A stretch of DNA of 64,000 bases from a virus (taxonomy: Duplodnaviria > Heunggongvirae > Uroviricota > Caudoviricetes), in IMG/VR virus record IMGVR_UViG_3300005077_000002, positions 1 through 64,000 of that record, one strand, 5' to 3'. The translations under genes were made by a program, and so were the position numbers. The notes below the pieces were generated by a model. That model saw only the letters and a list, made by a program, of their open reading frames with translations. It did no database searches and was not told the origin of the DNA. Each line of letters starts with the position of its first letter. The stretch's first letter is position 1. Below are positions 17,129-25,734 of the stretch, piece by piece.

Positions 17129-17494
17129 GCCCTAACTGCCCGCCCCGCGAGGGGCTTGATGCCCCGAGCGGGTGCAGTGGCAATTATTGAAAAGCTCAAA
17201 AGCTTGCCCATTAAGTAAGTGAAGTCGTGTTTTTAATACCGACTGTACAATGGGGCGCCGCTTGCAGAGCATGTCAATAATAAGCCACTCGTCGTGCCAG
17301 TACAAACTGACACGAGGCGTAACGATAGTGAAGCCACGTTGACGAACGACGAGGACTCGTCATAGTGCACGACGTAAAAGCGCGAACTCCGCGCACCGTA
17401 ATTAACCTCGTTACTACAACCTAAAAACCTTGGTACTTGCTCCCGCCGGAGGCGGGGCTACTGACTACACAGTTACTCATAACAAGGAAGGGCA
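17129..17494. other. 365-bp hairpin-dense intergenic region
   Basis: GCCCC-GCGA-GGGGC (GNRA loop), GACGAG-GA-CTCGTC, CCCGCC-GGAG-GCGGG, and long-range CGTCGTGC...GCACGACG. Confidence 0.4.
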
Positions 17495-18196
17495 ATGCAC
17501 GTAGTACTTAGATTCGGAAAGCCTTACCATAAGCTTTCCACGTCCGTCAAGGACTATATAGACAAGCACATTAAAGAAAGAGTACACCCGGGCCACTTGG
17601 TAAATGCACCAGAAATTCCGCCGCAGTCTACCGCGGCAGCTTGCCTAGGTCCGATTCCCGATGACGTTGCAACTTCACTGCAACAACAGATCAATAATCC
17701 AAATACACCATATGCGGGCGCTGCTCTCAGAGAAGCAACCCGCGGCATTCCAATTTCCTGGTACGAAGGATCGTACTGGGCACCCATGGATCCCGATGTC
17801 GACGTCCTATTATACCTGGGGAAGAACCGGCTGTACTACGCCGACCCGCGCCCTGAGTATAAACGGGACGGAGAATCAATCAGTAAGTTGGAATTGGTAA
17901 AAACCATTGCCACATCCAAACCAGTCTGGTCAGTAAAACTGGACGGACAGTTAGGAAATGGCAATAATGAAGCGTTTAAACATGCGCTTGTAATTCGGTA
18001 CGAATTGCTGCGAGGCGCTGATGTTGTAACGCTGTCCCGGAAAGTGAAGATCGACGAGCCTTATGCGGTTGTGAAGGTCCGAGACTCCTGGATTTGGCCT
18101 CTCATCACATTGCACACTGCTACTCTCTTCGAACGCAGTCGAGCCAATCCAGTTAAAGTCTCCACACCTGCAGTTAAACCCGTTAGCTCCGTCTAA
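17495..18196 (+). CDS. Hypothetical protein; last gene of the GC-rich module
   Basis: AAGGAAGGG RBS; 233 aa. Confidence 0.6.
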   Translation: MHVVLRFGKPYHKLSTSVKDYIDKHIKERVHPGHLVNAPEIPPQSTAAACLGPIPDDVATSLQQQINNPNTPYAGAALREATRGIPISWYEGSYWAPMDPDVDVLLYLGKNRLYYADPRPEYKRDGESISKLELVKTIATSKPVWSVKLDGQLGNGNNEAFKHALVIRYELLRGADVVTLSRKVKIDEPYAVVKVRDSWIWPLITLHTATLFERSRANPVKVSTPAVKPVSSV

Positions 18197-18347
18197 CCAT
18201 TGACAACTATAACGACTTCAATCCCACCCTAGTTGTAGCCGTTATATATAACAGTAATCTCTACAGTATAGGGTACCCCTGGTAGTGTCATGCCCCGCGT
18301 ACTTGGCGGGGTATGCACGCTACTGGTTTTATTGTTCAATTAAACAT

Positions 18348-18507
18348 GCCAGCACAGCGCATGGTAGCGCAAGTTCATGGCTTGATGGTGTTGATACTCA
18401 AAAAAAGTCTCAGTAAGGTCGGCAAGTATGACGATACTGAAAGACTGAATACTGGAAAGCGTAAGCTAAACCCTACACCTATACTGGTTCGAATCCAGTA
18501 GCTGGCG
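18348..18507 (+). other. tRNA-like element with canonical 5' acceptor + D-arm and 3' T-arm + acceptor, separated by about 110 nt; an interrupted or intron-bearing tRNA, or an att-like tRNA fragment
   Basis: 5' GCCAGCA-CA-GCGC-ATGGTA-GCGC; 3' ACTGG-TTCGAAT-CCAGT-AGCTGGC-G; the acceptor pairs at 6 of 7 positions; the insert contains GATACT-type internal repeats and an A7 run. Confidence 0.4.
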
Positions 18508-18509
18508 CT

Positions 18510-18761
18510 TTGTATCTTAATCAAAAAATCATTGCTTTGGCTATGGTTTGTACCTGGCTTATGTATATAAATATATACTTTAGGTTACAGGCGTATGGTA
18601 AGAGGTTTGTTATTGGAAGAGGCGGCGACTTGTCCCGGCCCGGGAATAAAACAGAATGTGTCATACATGATTTTCCTAATGGTATGACTGTTCATGAACT
18701 CAAGTATATAATTAAAGACTGGCCGACTGTAAATCAATTTGGTGCGGTTAAAGTTATATAA
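18510..18761 (+). CDS. Hypothetical small protein (uncertain)
   Basis: 83-aa ORF; it contains a TGTATATAAATATATAC motif and copy 1 of the 18-bp GC-rich repeat. Confidence 0.3.
   Translation: MYLNQKIIALAMVCTWLMYINIYFRLQAYGKRFVIGRGGDLSRPGNKTECVIHDFPNGMTVHELKYIIKDWPTVNQFGAVKVI
18615..18632 (+). repeat. GGAAGAGGCGGCGACTTG element, copy 1
   Basis: 18/18 identity with the copies at 19136 and 19476; a GC-rich island in AT-rich DNA. Confidence 0.8.
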
Positions 18762-18851
18762 AATAGCTTTTGTAATGGATTCTATTGCTTGCCTATGTTG
18801 CATTATTGCTCCATTCATAAATCATTAATGAAGAAAGGTAGTGTGTAAACT

Positions 18852-19184
18852 ATGTTTTATTTTCATAACGGAGTACCACGTATACAACTTGGTACTGGCG
18901 ATGTTGCTGTCGGTGTATTGAAATTTTATGATAATCCTAACAAGATAGCCGGTATTGCTTTCACCCAGTGTGAACCTACAGAAATAGGATCTGACATGCC
19001 GGATCTTGATGGTAAGCGAGAAAATGAAGTTAATGCGGTATTTGAGCTGCTGTTTACGGATGTGCGGTCGATCGACGTTGTTTTAAGTCGACTCGAGAAA
19101 GCGAAAGAGATATTTCTGCAACATCAGAATGTCAAGGAAGAGGCGGCGACTTGCTCTAGCCCGGGAAACAACAATGAAGTTTAA
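18852..19184 (+). CDS. Hypothetical protein ending KEEAATCSSPGNNNEV
   Basis: 110-aa ORF; its 3' end carries repeat copy 2. Confidence 0.55.
   Translation: MFYFHNGVPRIQLGTGDVAVGVLKFYDNPNKIAGIAFTQCEPTEIGSDMPDLDGKRENEVNAVFELLFTDVRSIDVVLSRLEKAKEIFLQHQNVKEEAATCSSPGNNNEV
19136..19153 (+). repeat. GGAAGAGGCGGCGACTTG element, copy 2
   Basis: Identical 18-mer, 22 nt upstream of the ATG at 19175. Confidence 0.8.
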
Positions 19185-19545
19185 AGTAAGTACAGAATTG
19201 TTAGTAATAATCTATTATGTGTTTCTGGCAGCGGCAGCTTTCACGGCCGGCTACCTACTATGTGACCATAATTCCCTCAAGATGAAAAGTAAAAATCCAG
19301 TAATGGCTGTTGCTCAGGACATCAGCGGTACAGTATACATTGGTGTACTCCATAAATCTAATGAGCAGGACAATGTGTATTACGGTAGATTTACTAAGCT
19401 GAGTACGGTAGTAAATAAGGACAGTAGCAACAGTACTGTTAAAAAAGGATTCAATGTGGTAAGAGCTGCCAATGTGGAAGAGGCGGCGACTTGTTCCACA
19501 AAAAATACTATAAGGATGAACCATGACAAAGCTTCAGGAACTTGA
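19175..19545 (+). CDS. Membrane-anchored protein (MKFKVSTELLVIIYYVFLAAAAF...)
   Basis: ATG at 19175 (the track ORF starts at 19129 inside the previous gene); N-terminal TM helix; its 3' end encodes EEAATCS via repeat copy 3. Confidence 0.5.
19476..19493 (+). repeat. GGAAGAGGCGGCGACTTG element, copy 3
   Basis: Identical 18-mer, 30 nt upstream of the ATG at 19523. Confidence 0.8.
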
Positions 19546-19954
19546 AAAAGAATTCAATAATCTGCAGAAAAGATTATTCGGTAACTGCAAATTCGCCATA
19601 CCAGACAATTCACAAGATTGGCAAAGGTACGACCAACTGAAAGCTTTCTTTCATCCTGAGTTCAGAACAGAAAGCTGGGTTAACCCTATCTTTGCTGACA
19701 ATATAAAAGGAAGAATTATTATTCATGTTGTGAATGGCGAAGTAGATTCGGTAGCATCGGATATTCCATCTGATGTGTTAATTCTTACGAACAATACGAA
19801 TGAAGCTCCAAAACGTACGTCTCGTAACACAGAATCAAAAGATAACTACAATTACACTGCGAATAGTATGCGCAATCTCATGAAAGAATATCGTGACAAA
19901 TATAATGATGAGTGCAGGATAGCTGATTTCAATTTATTCTTTGAAAAGAGGTAA
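19523..19954 (+). CDS. Hypothetical protein
   Basis: 143-aa ORF. Confidence 0.6.
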   Translation: MTKLQELEKEFNNLQKRLFGNCKFAIPDNSQDWQRYDQLKAFFHPEFRTESWVNPIFADNIKGRIIIHVVNGEVDSVASDIPSDVLILTNNTNEAPKRTSRNTESKDNYNYTANSMRNLMKEYRDKYNDECRIADFNLFFEKR

Positions 19955-19957
19955 GCT

Positions 19958-20191
19958 GTGAAGTACACAAATTATAGAGAAGTATTAGCTATATTAGCCA
20001 TTATCGGTGCGTTAATTAATATTATATTAATGTTGGGTATTACTGTTGTTATGATAAAGACAAACGTAATCCCTGAACCTTTCACATTATTAACGCCAAC
20101 CTTGTCCATGGTCGCGTGCATCATACTGTATTCAATATTTGAAGGTTATACAGATGATGTTGACGACGACGAAGATCAAACCAACCCATAG
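19958..20191 (+). CDS. Small membrane protein with an acidic tail
   Basis: Two predicted TM helices and a C-terminal DDVDDDEDQ. Confidence 0.55.
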   Translation: MKYTNYREVLAILAIIGALINIILMLGITVVMIKTNVIPEPFTLLTPTLSMVACIILYSIFEGYTDDVDDDEDQTNP

Positions 20192-20295
20192 TAACCCTAC
20201 ATATTCGAGGGAGGAGGTGAGTACAATGAAAAATTAATTATAATAATTCATATTATTGTATAAGTATTCATTTTAACAACCAAACTTGGAGGACT

Positions 20296-21117
20296 ATGCG
20301 TTTATTTGCAACATTGTTAGCATTATTGATGTTAGTAACATCATGTAAGTTTGCGTCTATCGAAGGCGATGAAGTCGGCGTGATACAAAGAAAACCAACC
20401 ATCTTTAGTATGTTTTACAAAGGTGGTGTGGATAAAAATGCCGCACAACCAGGAACTGTTACCGTCGCCTGGACTACGCAAGTACTACGATTCAAGACTT
20501 CCCCACAGGTATATAAGGAAGTTTTTGATAACATCATTACTGACGACAACAATCCGGTTGATTTTGATTGTTATATAAGTATCAAGATCCAATCGCAGTT
20601 TGCACCAAATCTTTATTCTAACTTTGGTGAGAACTGGTATATAAATAATATTTCTCCTTTAGCCCGAGCAATTATTCGGGACAAATGCTCGCAATATATT
20701 ATGTTTGACTTGGCGGGCAACCGAGAAGTTCTTGAGAATATAGAAAATTTTATGCAGGACTCTCTCAGGAATTACTGTATCGTATCCAACCTACCTGTGT
20801 CAATTATCGATGTAACCATGGGTCAGGTAACTCCACCGGCCGACGTGCTTAAAGAAACCGAAAGAACCGCCGCTGAAAAACAATCCAGCCTTACACAAAA
20901 GGCCCGTTCCAATTCGGAAATCGCTAGAGCCGAAGCAGAGAAGAATAAGGCAATAGCTGATAAAGCATATCGCACAGAAATGGGAATGACAATTACTGAG
21001 TATTTGGAACTTCGAGCAATCGAAGTTGAAAAGGAAAAGGTCGAGATAATTAAGGATAAAAAAGATGTTACTATCGTCTTCACTGGGAATTTGCCCGTGA
21101 GTTATCCGGCAAAATAA
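20296..21117 (+). CDS. Putative lipoprotein (possibly SPFH/band-7-like)
   Basis: Signal peptide with lipobox LVTSC; GGAGG RBS; C-terminal AEAEKNKAIADKAYRTE resembles SPFH proteins (weak). Confidence 0.55.
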   Translation: MRLFATLLALLMLVTSCKFASIEGDEVGVIQRKPTIFSMFYKGGVDKNAAQPGTVTVAWTTQVLRFKTSPQVYKEVFDNIITDDNNPVDFDCYISIKIQSQFAPNLYSNFGENWYINNISPLARAIIRDKCSQYIMFDLAGNREVLENIENFMQDSLRNYCIVSNLPVSIIDVTMGQVTPPADVLKETERTAAEKQSSLTQKARSNSEIARAEAEKNKAIADKAYRTEMGMTITEYLELRAIEVEKEKVEIIKDKKDVTIVFTGNLPVSYPAK

Positions 21118-21128
21118 TTATCTCCGGC

Positions 21129-21222
21129 TCCGGTATAGTATAATGGCAATACAGCCTGAAAGTAATGTGTTACCGTACACAGTATTTCAGGTAATAAGTG
21201 GGTTCGAATCCCACTACCGGAT
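21129..21222 (+). tRNA. tRNA-like gene (94 nt) with about 20-22 extra nt in the anticodon arm; if spliced, the anticodon would be GUA (Tyr); function uncertain
   Basis: Acceptor TCCGGTA/TACCGGA (7/7), D-arm GTAT-AATGGCA-ATAC, T-arm GTGGG-TTCGAAT-CCCAC; extended helix CCTGAAA/TTTCAGG enclosing an inner hairpin TGTGT-TACCGT-ACACA. Confidence 0.45.
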
Positions 21223-21255
21223 CAATTAATAAACGGAAATTATAAACAAATTGGA

Positions 21256-21501
21256 GTGGAATTCAAGACAGGTTGCATAATGAGTTTTGAAAGCAATTAC
21301 TTAACTGCCATGATTGCAGCTATGTTTGGAGATTTTGACTATCTCTATAGACAGAATAATCGGTTCTTTATGCAGGAACGCGTAAAGAAGCATCGCTGCA
21401 AAGTATGTGGTAAGTCCACAGACTTTGATTCTAAATTATGCAGTAAGAATTGTTATTTATTGTATAAAAATAATTCAAGATTATATGAGGAGAACAAATA
21501 G
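21256..21501 (+). CDS. Small zinc-ribbon protein (CKVCGK...CSKNC)
   Basis: 81-aa ORF. Confidence 0.5.
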   Translation: MEFKTGCIMSFESNYLTAMIAAMFGDFDYLYRQNNRFFMQERVKKHRCKVCGKSTDFDSKLCSKNCYLLYKNNSRLYEENK

Positions 21502-21794
21502 TGGGAATATTAGTAGGCGGCCTAGTTGCAGGTATTGGTTCATTTCTGACATTTTACCTTTTATTAATGAAATCACCATTCCTGAAAAAGCTGGTAATTA
21601 AGCATCATTTAATGAGCGATATTCTGTTTACGGTATTAGCTTTCTGGCTATTACCTACGAATGGTGTAACAGCCATAGTTGGTGCCGGGATATTCAATGG
21701 CATTTGGTCATTGTATCTTGTATACATGCACAATCAGATGTATCCAAAACCTAACGCCAAAAAGCAATTCAGCTGGTTGGTTAATACTAAATAA
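21501..21794 (+). CDS. Membrane protein (3 TM helices)
   Basis: 97 aa, hydrophobic; start overlaps the previous stop. Confidence 0.55.
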   Translation: MGILVGGLVAGIGSFLTFYLLLMKSPFLKKLVIKHHLMSDILFTVLAFWLLPTNGVTAIVGAGIFNGIWSLYLVYMHNQMYPKPNAKKQFSWLVNTK

Positions 21795-21806
21795 GGAAAT
21801 CCATTT

Positions 21807-21980
21807 ATGGGTATACTCATGCTTGCAATATTAACCATAGTAGCTGTTTTGATACTACTAGCATTTATAGCTTTTGTTGTATTCACAGTAATTAAAATTG
21901 TCGCTATCTTAATATTGGTGGCGACTTTACTTGGCCTTGGTACAGCATCTTACTGGATTATAAAAGTATCCAATAAATAA
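21807..21980 (+). CDS. Small membrane peptide (57 aa; not in the ORF track)
   Basis: MGILMLAILTIVAVLILLAFIAFVVFTVIKIVAILILVATLLGLGTASYWIIKVSNK; RBS AAGGAAA. Confidence 0.45.
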   Translation: MGILMLAILTIVAVLILLAFIAFVVFTVIKIVAILILVATLLGLGTASYWIIKVSNK

Positions 21981-22177
21981 AAAGGAAACAAATATTAGTG
22001 TGTAGATTTAAATCTGGAATTGTGGTACCAACAGGTGATTTGCTATACAACTGGTTCACTGACAGTCATGAGGATTTGATTGATATGTACAATCTGAAAG
22101 GTACTAATTTCGTATGGGTTGAATATACATCAGATACCATAGAATTATTAGATACATCATCTTTAGAATAGGTTTTT

Positions 22178-22417
22178 ATGATTTCAAATCAAGTACGTTT
22201 TCAGTTTTATGAACGACCAAATGCATTTCGCAAATCAGGCAAAGAATGGGCTTTATCCGTACAGTTTGTCAATAATGATCCGTGGGTAATTAAGGATTGG
22301 GAGAAGGAACCCACCCCTGAAATAGTAGAAGATGTGAAAAAGGTGGCTATGCGCTGTTTTGAGTTTTATCATAACCATCTGCAAATACCACGTTTTGATA
22401 TAACCCAAGTTGATTGA
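22178..22417 (+). CDS. Hypothetical protein
   Basis: 79-aa ORF. Confidence 0.5.
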   Translation: MISNQVRFQFYERPNAFRKSGKEWALSVQFVNNDPWVIKDWEKEPTPEIVEDVKKVAMRCFEFYHNHLQIPRFDITQVD

Positions 22418-22748
22418 GTCCAATTATTGGCACATTTTGCCAAATTGCGCAGACGATTTGCTGATTAGCTGTTCGAGAATATGAATTAGTTCGTGTAACG
22501 CGAACATACTCGAATACCGGGATACTTGACCATATTGTTGGTATTACCAAAATGATTTATAGAATAGGTGGTACATTGAAATTACTGGAAACATCCATGG
22601 AAAACATAAATGTTGGGGATAATTATCTTGTTCTAACAGATTCAGGTGAAATATATCACTGCAGAAGGATTAGTTTATTACAATCCGAATTCTGTGCTTC
22701 ACGTTTTAACAATGTAACACAATTCTGGTGTCCATTTTATAATAAAGT

Positions 22749-23051
22749 GTGAAAGGTATTAGATTGAAGATACTTAATGTAATTCTCCATAGAACCAAAG
22801 TAAAACTTACTAAAAGTGAGTGGCGCAGACTTATGCGTCATAACTTCTCAAAGGTCGTAAAACCCTTGCTTATCGATGCGGGTGTTGTGGATAATACCAT
22901 ATCTTATGGAGACTATCCATACCCGCATATTATGTTCGAAGCAGATGGGGTGTACATGGACAAATTAACTCGGGTTATAAAAAATATTATTAAACCAAGA
23001 AAGTACAAGAAACACAAATGTCAATTAAAGCAGCTGAACTTGGACCTATAA
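22749..23051 (+). CDS. Hypothetical basic protein
   Basis: 100-aa ORF. Confidence 0.5.
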   Translation: MKGIRLKILNVILHRTKVKLTKSEWRRLMRHNFSKVVKPLLIDAGVVDNTISYGDYPYPHIMFEADGVYMDKLTRVIKNIIKPRKYKKHKCQLKQLNLDL

Positions 23052-23102
23052 TATTTCTGGATGCCATTAAGAATAGCCAAATTTCTATAAAGGAACAAAC
23101 AC

Positions 23103-25325
23103 ATGCGGTATTTAATTTTAATGACCGGTTCGCCAGGTTCCGGAAAATCTACCTGGATTAAAGATCATGGGTTGAAACCATATACCATTTGTCCAGATGA
23201 TATCAGACTGATGTTTCAGACACCGGTTATAACTCCTGAGGGTAGTACGTCTATTTCACAGAAAAATGATAAAGACGTCTGGGAAATACTGTTCAGGATG
23301 CTGGAAAAGAGAATGGAACGTGGTGAGTTTACAGTTATTGACGCAACTCACTCTACAACGGACAGTATGAATGCATATAAGAAATATGCTGAAAAACACA
23401 GATATCGTGTATTCGCTGTTTCATTCCGTGATATACCGTTTCATGAATGTGTGCAGCGTAATTTAAATCGTGAACCATTGAAAATAGTACCTTTTGAAGT
23501 TATCCAGAGAAGTTACGCCAGATATGAAACCGAAGCCGGCCGCATTCCATCTTACATAAAAGTTCTTATGCCAGGCAGTGAGAAAACAATCAATTACAAT
23601 GTTCATGATATGAACAATTATAAAAGGATTCACCATATTGGTGATATTCATGGTTGTTTTGATGTATTGATGAAGTACTTCAGTGAAGTTGGTGTTGATC
23701 CTAATAATCTGCCAGCCGATGAATTGTTCATATTCACTGGCGATTATATTGATCGTGGCATTCAGAATTACGAAGTAGTACAGTATTTATTATCCATCTA
23801 TGCAAAATCTAATGTTATTATGCTGGAAGGCAATCATGAGAAATGGTTAAGACAATATGCTCATGATACCATTGAGCCAAATTGCAGTAAAGAATTCATT
23901 AAAACCATGAAGCAATTCTATACGCATCCAATAGATAAGAAGAAACTTCGTGAGTTTACCCGGCATTTGGCACAACTTACTATTTATGATTACGGATTAT
24001 ACAAGGTTATGGTAACTCATGGTGGTTTACCTTTTATTCCGAAAAATCCATTACTGGTTTCTACCCAGCAGATAATCAACGGTGTTGGCGGATATAATGA
24101 TATTACAATAGTAGATGAATCATTCAGTAAAACGTCAAATGAATCTAATCTATATTATTGTATTTCTATACATGGTCATCGCAATAAAATGGATGAACCC
24201 ATACAATCTTCCAAATACACTTATAATCTTGAAGGTAAAGTTGAATTTGGTGGAATGTTGCGGTGTGTAACACTGGATAAATCAGGCATCAAAACATTCG
24301 AAATCAAGAATGATGTATTTGCAGCCCCGGAATTAATATCAAAATCCGAAAATGATTTATCCGGCACTGCGTTGACTATTAATGAACTTTTTAATGCGCT
24401 TAATACAAGCAAATTCATAAACTCCGTTAATGTTTATGGTGATATTTATTCATTCAATTTCACCAAACAAGCATTCAAACTTAATGAGTGGAATGATCTA
24501 ACAAAGCTTGCCAGAGGTTTATTCATTGACAAGGCCAATATGAAGATAGTGGCCCGCGGATGGCCAAAATTCTTCAATGAAAACGAACCCGAAGTAAATA
24601 ATATTCAGGAATTATCACTCAGGATTGCTTATCCGTTGTCAGTATATCTTAAATACAATGGATTTCTTGGTCTTCTTGGATATGATGGTTCAGATTTCAT
24701 TATGGCATCTAAAAGTTCCACGAATGCATTCCATGCTATGCTGTTTACTACAATGATGCGTAATAGACATGGCGCCAAATTCAATGAATTGCGCGAATAT
24801 ATGTCAGCATCGAATACAACATTGCTATTTGAAGTAATTGATTGTGTCGAAGATCCGCATATTATCTATTATCCTGAGCCAAGAATTGTTTTGTTGGCTG
24901 AAGTAAAGAATGATATCGATTTCGTGCAAACTCCTTATAATGAATTACTCGAACTTGGCAGAAGGTTCGGATTTGAAGTTAAGCAATTAGTACAGGTAAT
25001 TAACAACAAAAACGAATTATTCTCTTTGATTGATTCAACAAAGGGAATAAACACTTCAAATCCTATTGAAGGATATGTGATTGAGGACTCTGGGGGCTAT
25101 ATGCTCAAGGTTAAAACAGAGTATTACAGATATTGGAAAATGATGCGTGCAATCCAGCACAACATTATTAATTCATCGAATCAATCCTTCAGAGGATTAT
25201 TCACTCCTGAAGCCATAAGATTTGTTCAATTCATGAAAAACAAACAACGATTTGAATTAATGGAAAAATCAATCATTCAATTAAGGATGGAGTTCAATGA
25301 AGAATATTTTAAAGCAACTGCGTAG
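23103..25325 (+). CDS. pnkp: Trifunctional Pnkp-like RNA repair enzyme: T4-Pnk-type 5'-kinase, calcineurin-type phosphoesterase, and C-terminal ligase-like nucleotidyltransferase
   Basis: N-terminus GSPGSGKSTW + PDDIRL matches T4 Pnk (GCPGSGKSTW, Asp-x-x-Arg); GDIHG / GDYIDRG / GNHE metallophosphoesterase motifs; C-terminal KYNGF (KxNG variant of the ligase motif I). Confidence 0.75.
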   Translation: MRYLILMTGSPGSGKSTWIKDHGLKPYTICPDDIRLMFQTPVITPEGSTSISQKNDKDVWEILFRMLEKRMERGEFTVIDATHSTTDSMNAYKKYAEKHRYRVFAVSFRDIPFHECVQRNLNREPLKIVPFEVIQRSYARYETEAGRIPSYIKVLMPGSEKTINYNVHDMNNYKRIHHIGDIHGCFDVLMKYFSEVGVDPNNLPADELFIFTGDYIDRGIQNYEVVQYLLSIYAKSNVIMLEGNHEKWLRQYAHDTIEPNCSKEFIKTMKQFYTHPIDKKKLREFTRHLAQLTIYDYGLYKVMVTHGGLPFIPKNPLLVSTQQIINGVGGYNDITIVDESFSKTSNESNLYYCISIHGHRNKMDEPIQSSKYTYNLEGKVEFGGMLRCVTLDKSGIKTFEIKNDVFAAPELISKSENDLSGTALTINELFNALNTSKFINSVNVYGDIYSFNFTKQAFKLNEWNDLTKLARGLFIDKANMKIVARGWPKFFNENEPEVNNIQELSLRIAYPLSVYLKYNGFLGLLGYDGSDFIMASKSSTNAFHAMLFTTMMRNRHGAKFNELREYMSASNTTLLFEVIDCVEDPHIIYYPEPRIVLLAEVKNDIDFVQTPYNELLELGRRFGFEVKQLVQVINNKNELFSLIDSTKGINTSNPIEGYVIEDSGGYMLKVKTEYYRYWKMMRAIQHNIINSSNQSFRGLFTPEAIRFVQFMKNKQRFELMEKSIIQLRMEFNEEYFKATA

Positions 25326-25734
25326 TCAAACTGAACTATTGAGTAAAACATCGCATCCGGAGGATGCAATTAATATCCAGGCTAGAATACTAAATCTGTT
25401 TTCAAAACTGGAATATGGCAGCTCAGATTCAACTCATGCAGGTGCTAATACCATGCTGAACAAATTCGAGGAATTGTTTCCAAATATAAATATTGAATTT
25501 AACCTGGTAATGCTGGTACATAATATCAAATTCAGAATATTTACTTCCTCACTGAATGGAATGTATATCGTTTTAATTGAAGATATGTTAACCGGTGTTA
25601 TGGATGCAGTAAGAGTATTACCTGCATCAAGTGTTATATCATATATCCAGGATTTATGTGACAACATTAATAAACAAGCATCAGATCATGAATTTGAGAT
25701 GCCAAGAGAGGAATATTATGGAACCGAAGATTAA
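25297..25734 (+). CDS. Hypothetical protein
   Basis: 145-aa ORF. Confidence 0.5.
   Translation: MKNILKQLRSQTELLSKTSHPEDAINIQARILNLFSKLEYGSSDSTHAGANTMLNKFEELFPNINIEFNLVMLVHNIKFRIFTSSLNGMYIVLIEDMLTGVMDAVRVLPASSVISYIQDLCDNINKQASDHEFEMPREEYYGTED

Noticed and set aside
18313-18501. 62-aa ORF overlapping the split tRNA-like element
   Set aside because: No RBS, and it overlaps an RNA-like structure; most likely non-coding
18150-18560. Prophage attachment site (integration into a tRNA gene) as the explanation for the tRNA fragment plus GC shift
   Set aside because: No integrase or excisionase is present in the window and both sides of the boundary carry virus-type genes; it is kept only as a mosaic-junction hypothesis in the findings
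20296-21117. Firm SPFH/band-7 call for the lipoprotein
   Set aside because: Only the C-terminal AEAE-type coiled segment resembles SPFH proteins; the lipobox is clear but the domain assignment is not
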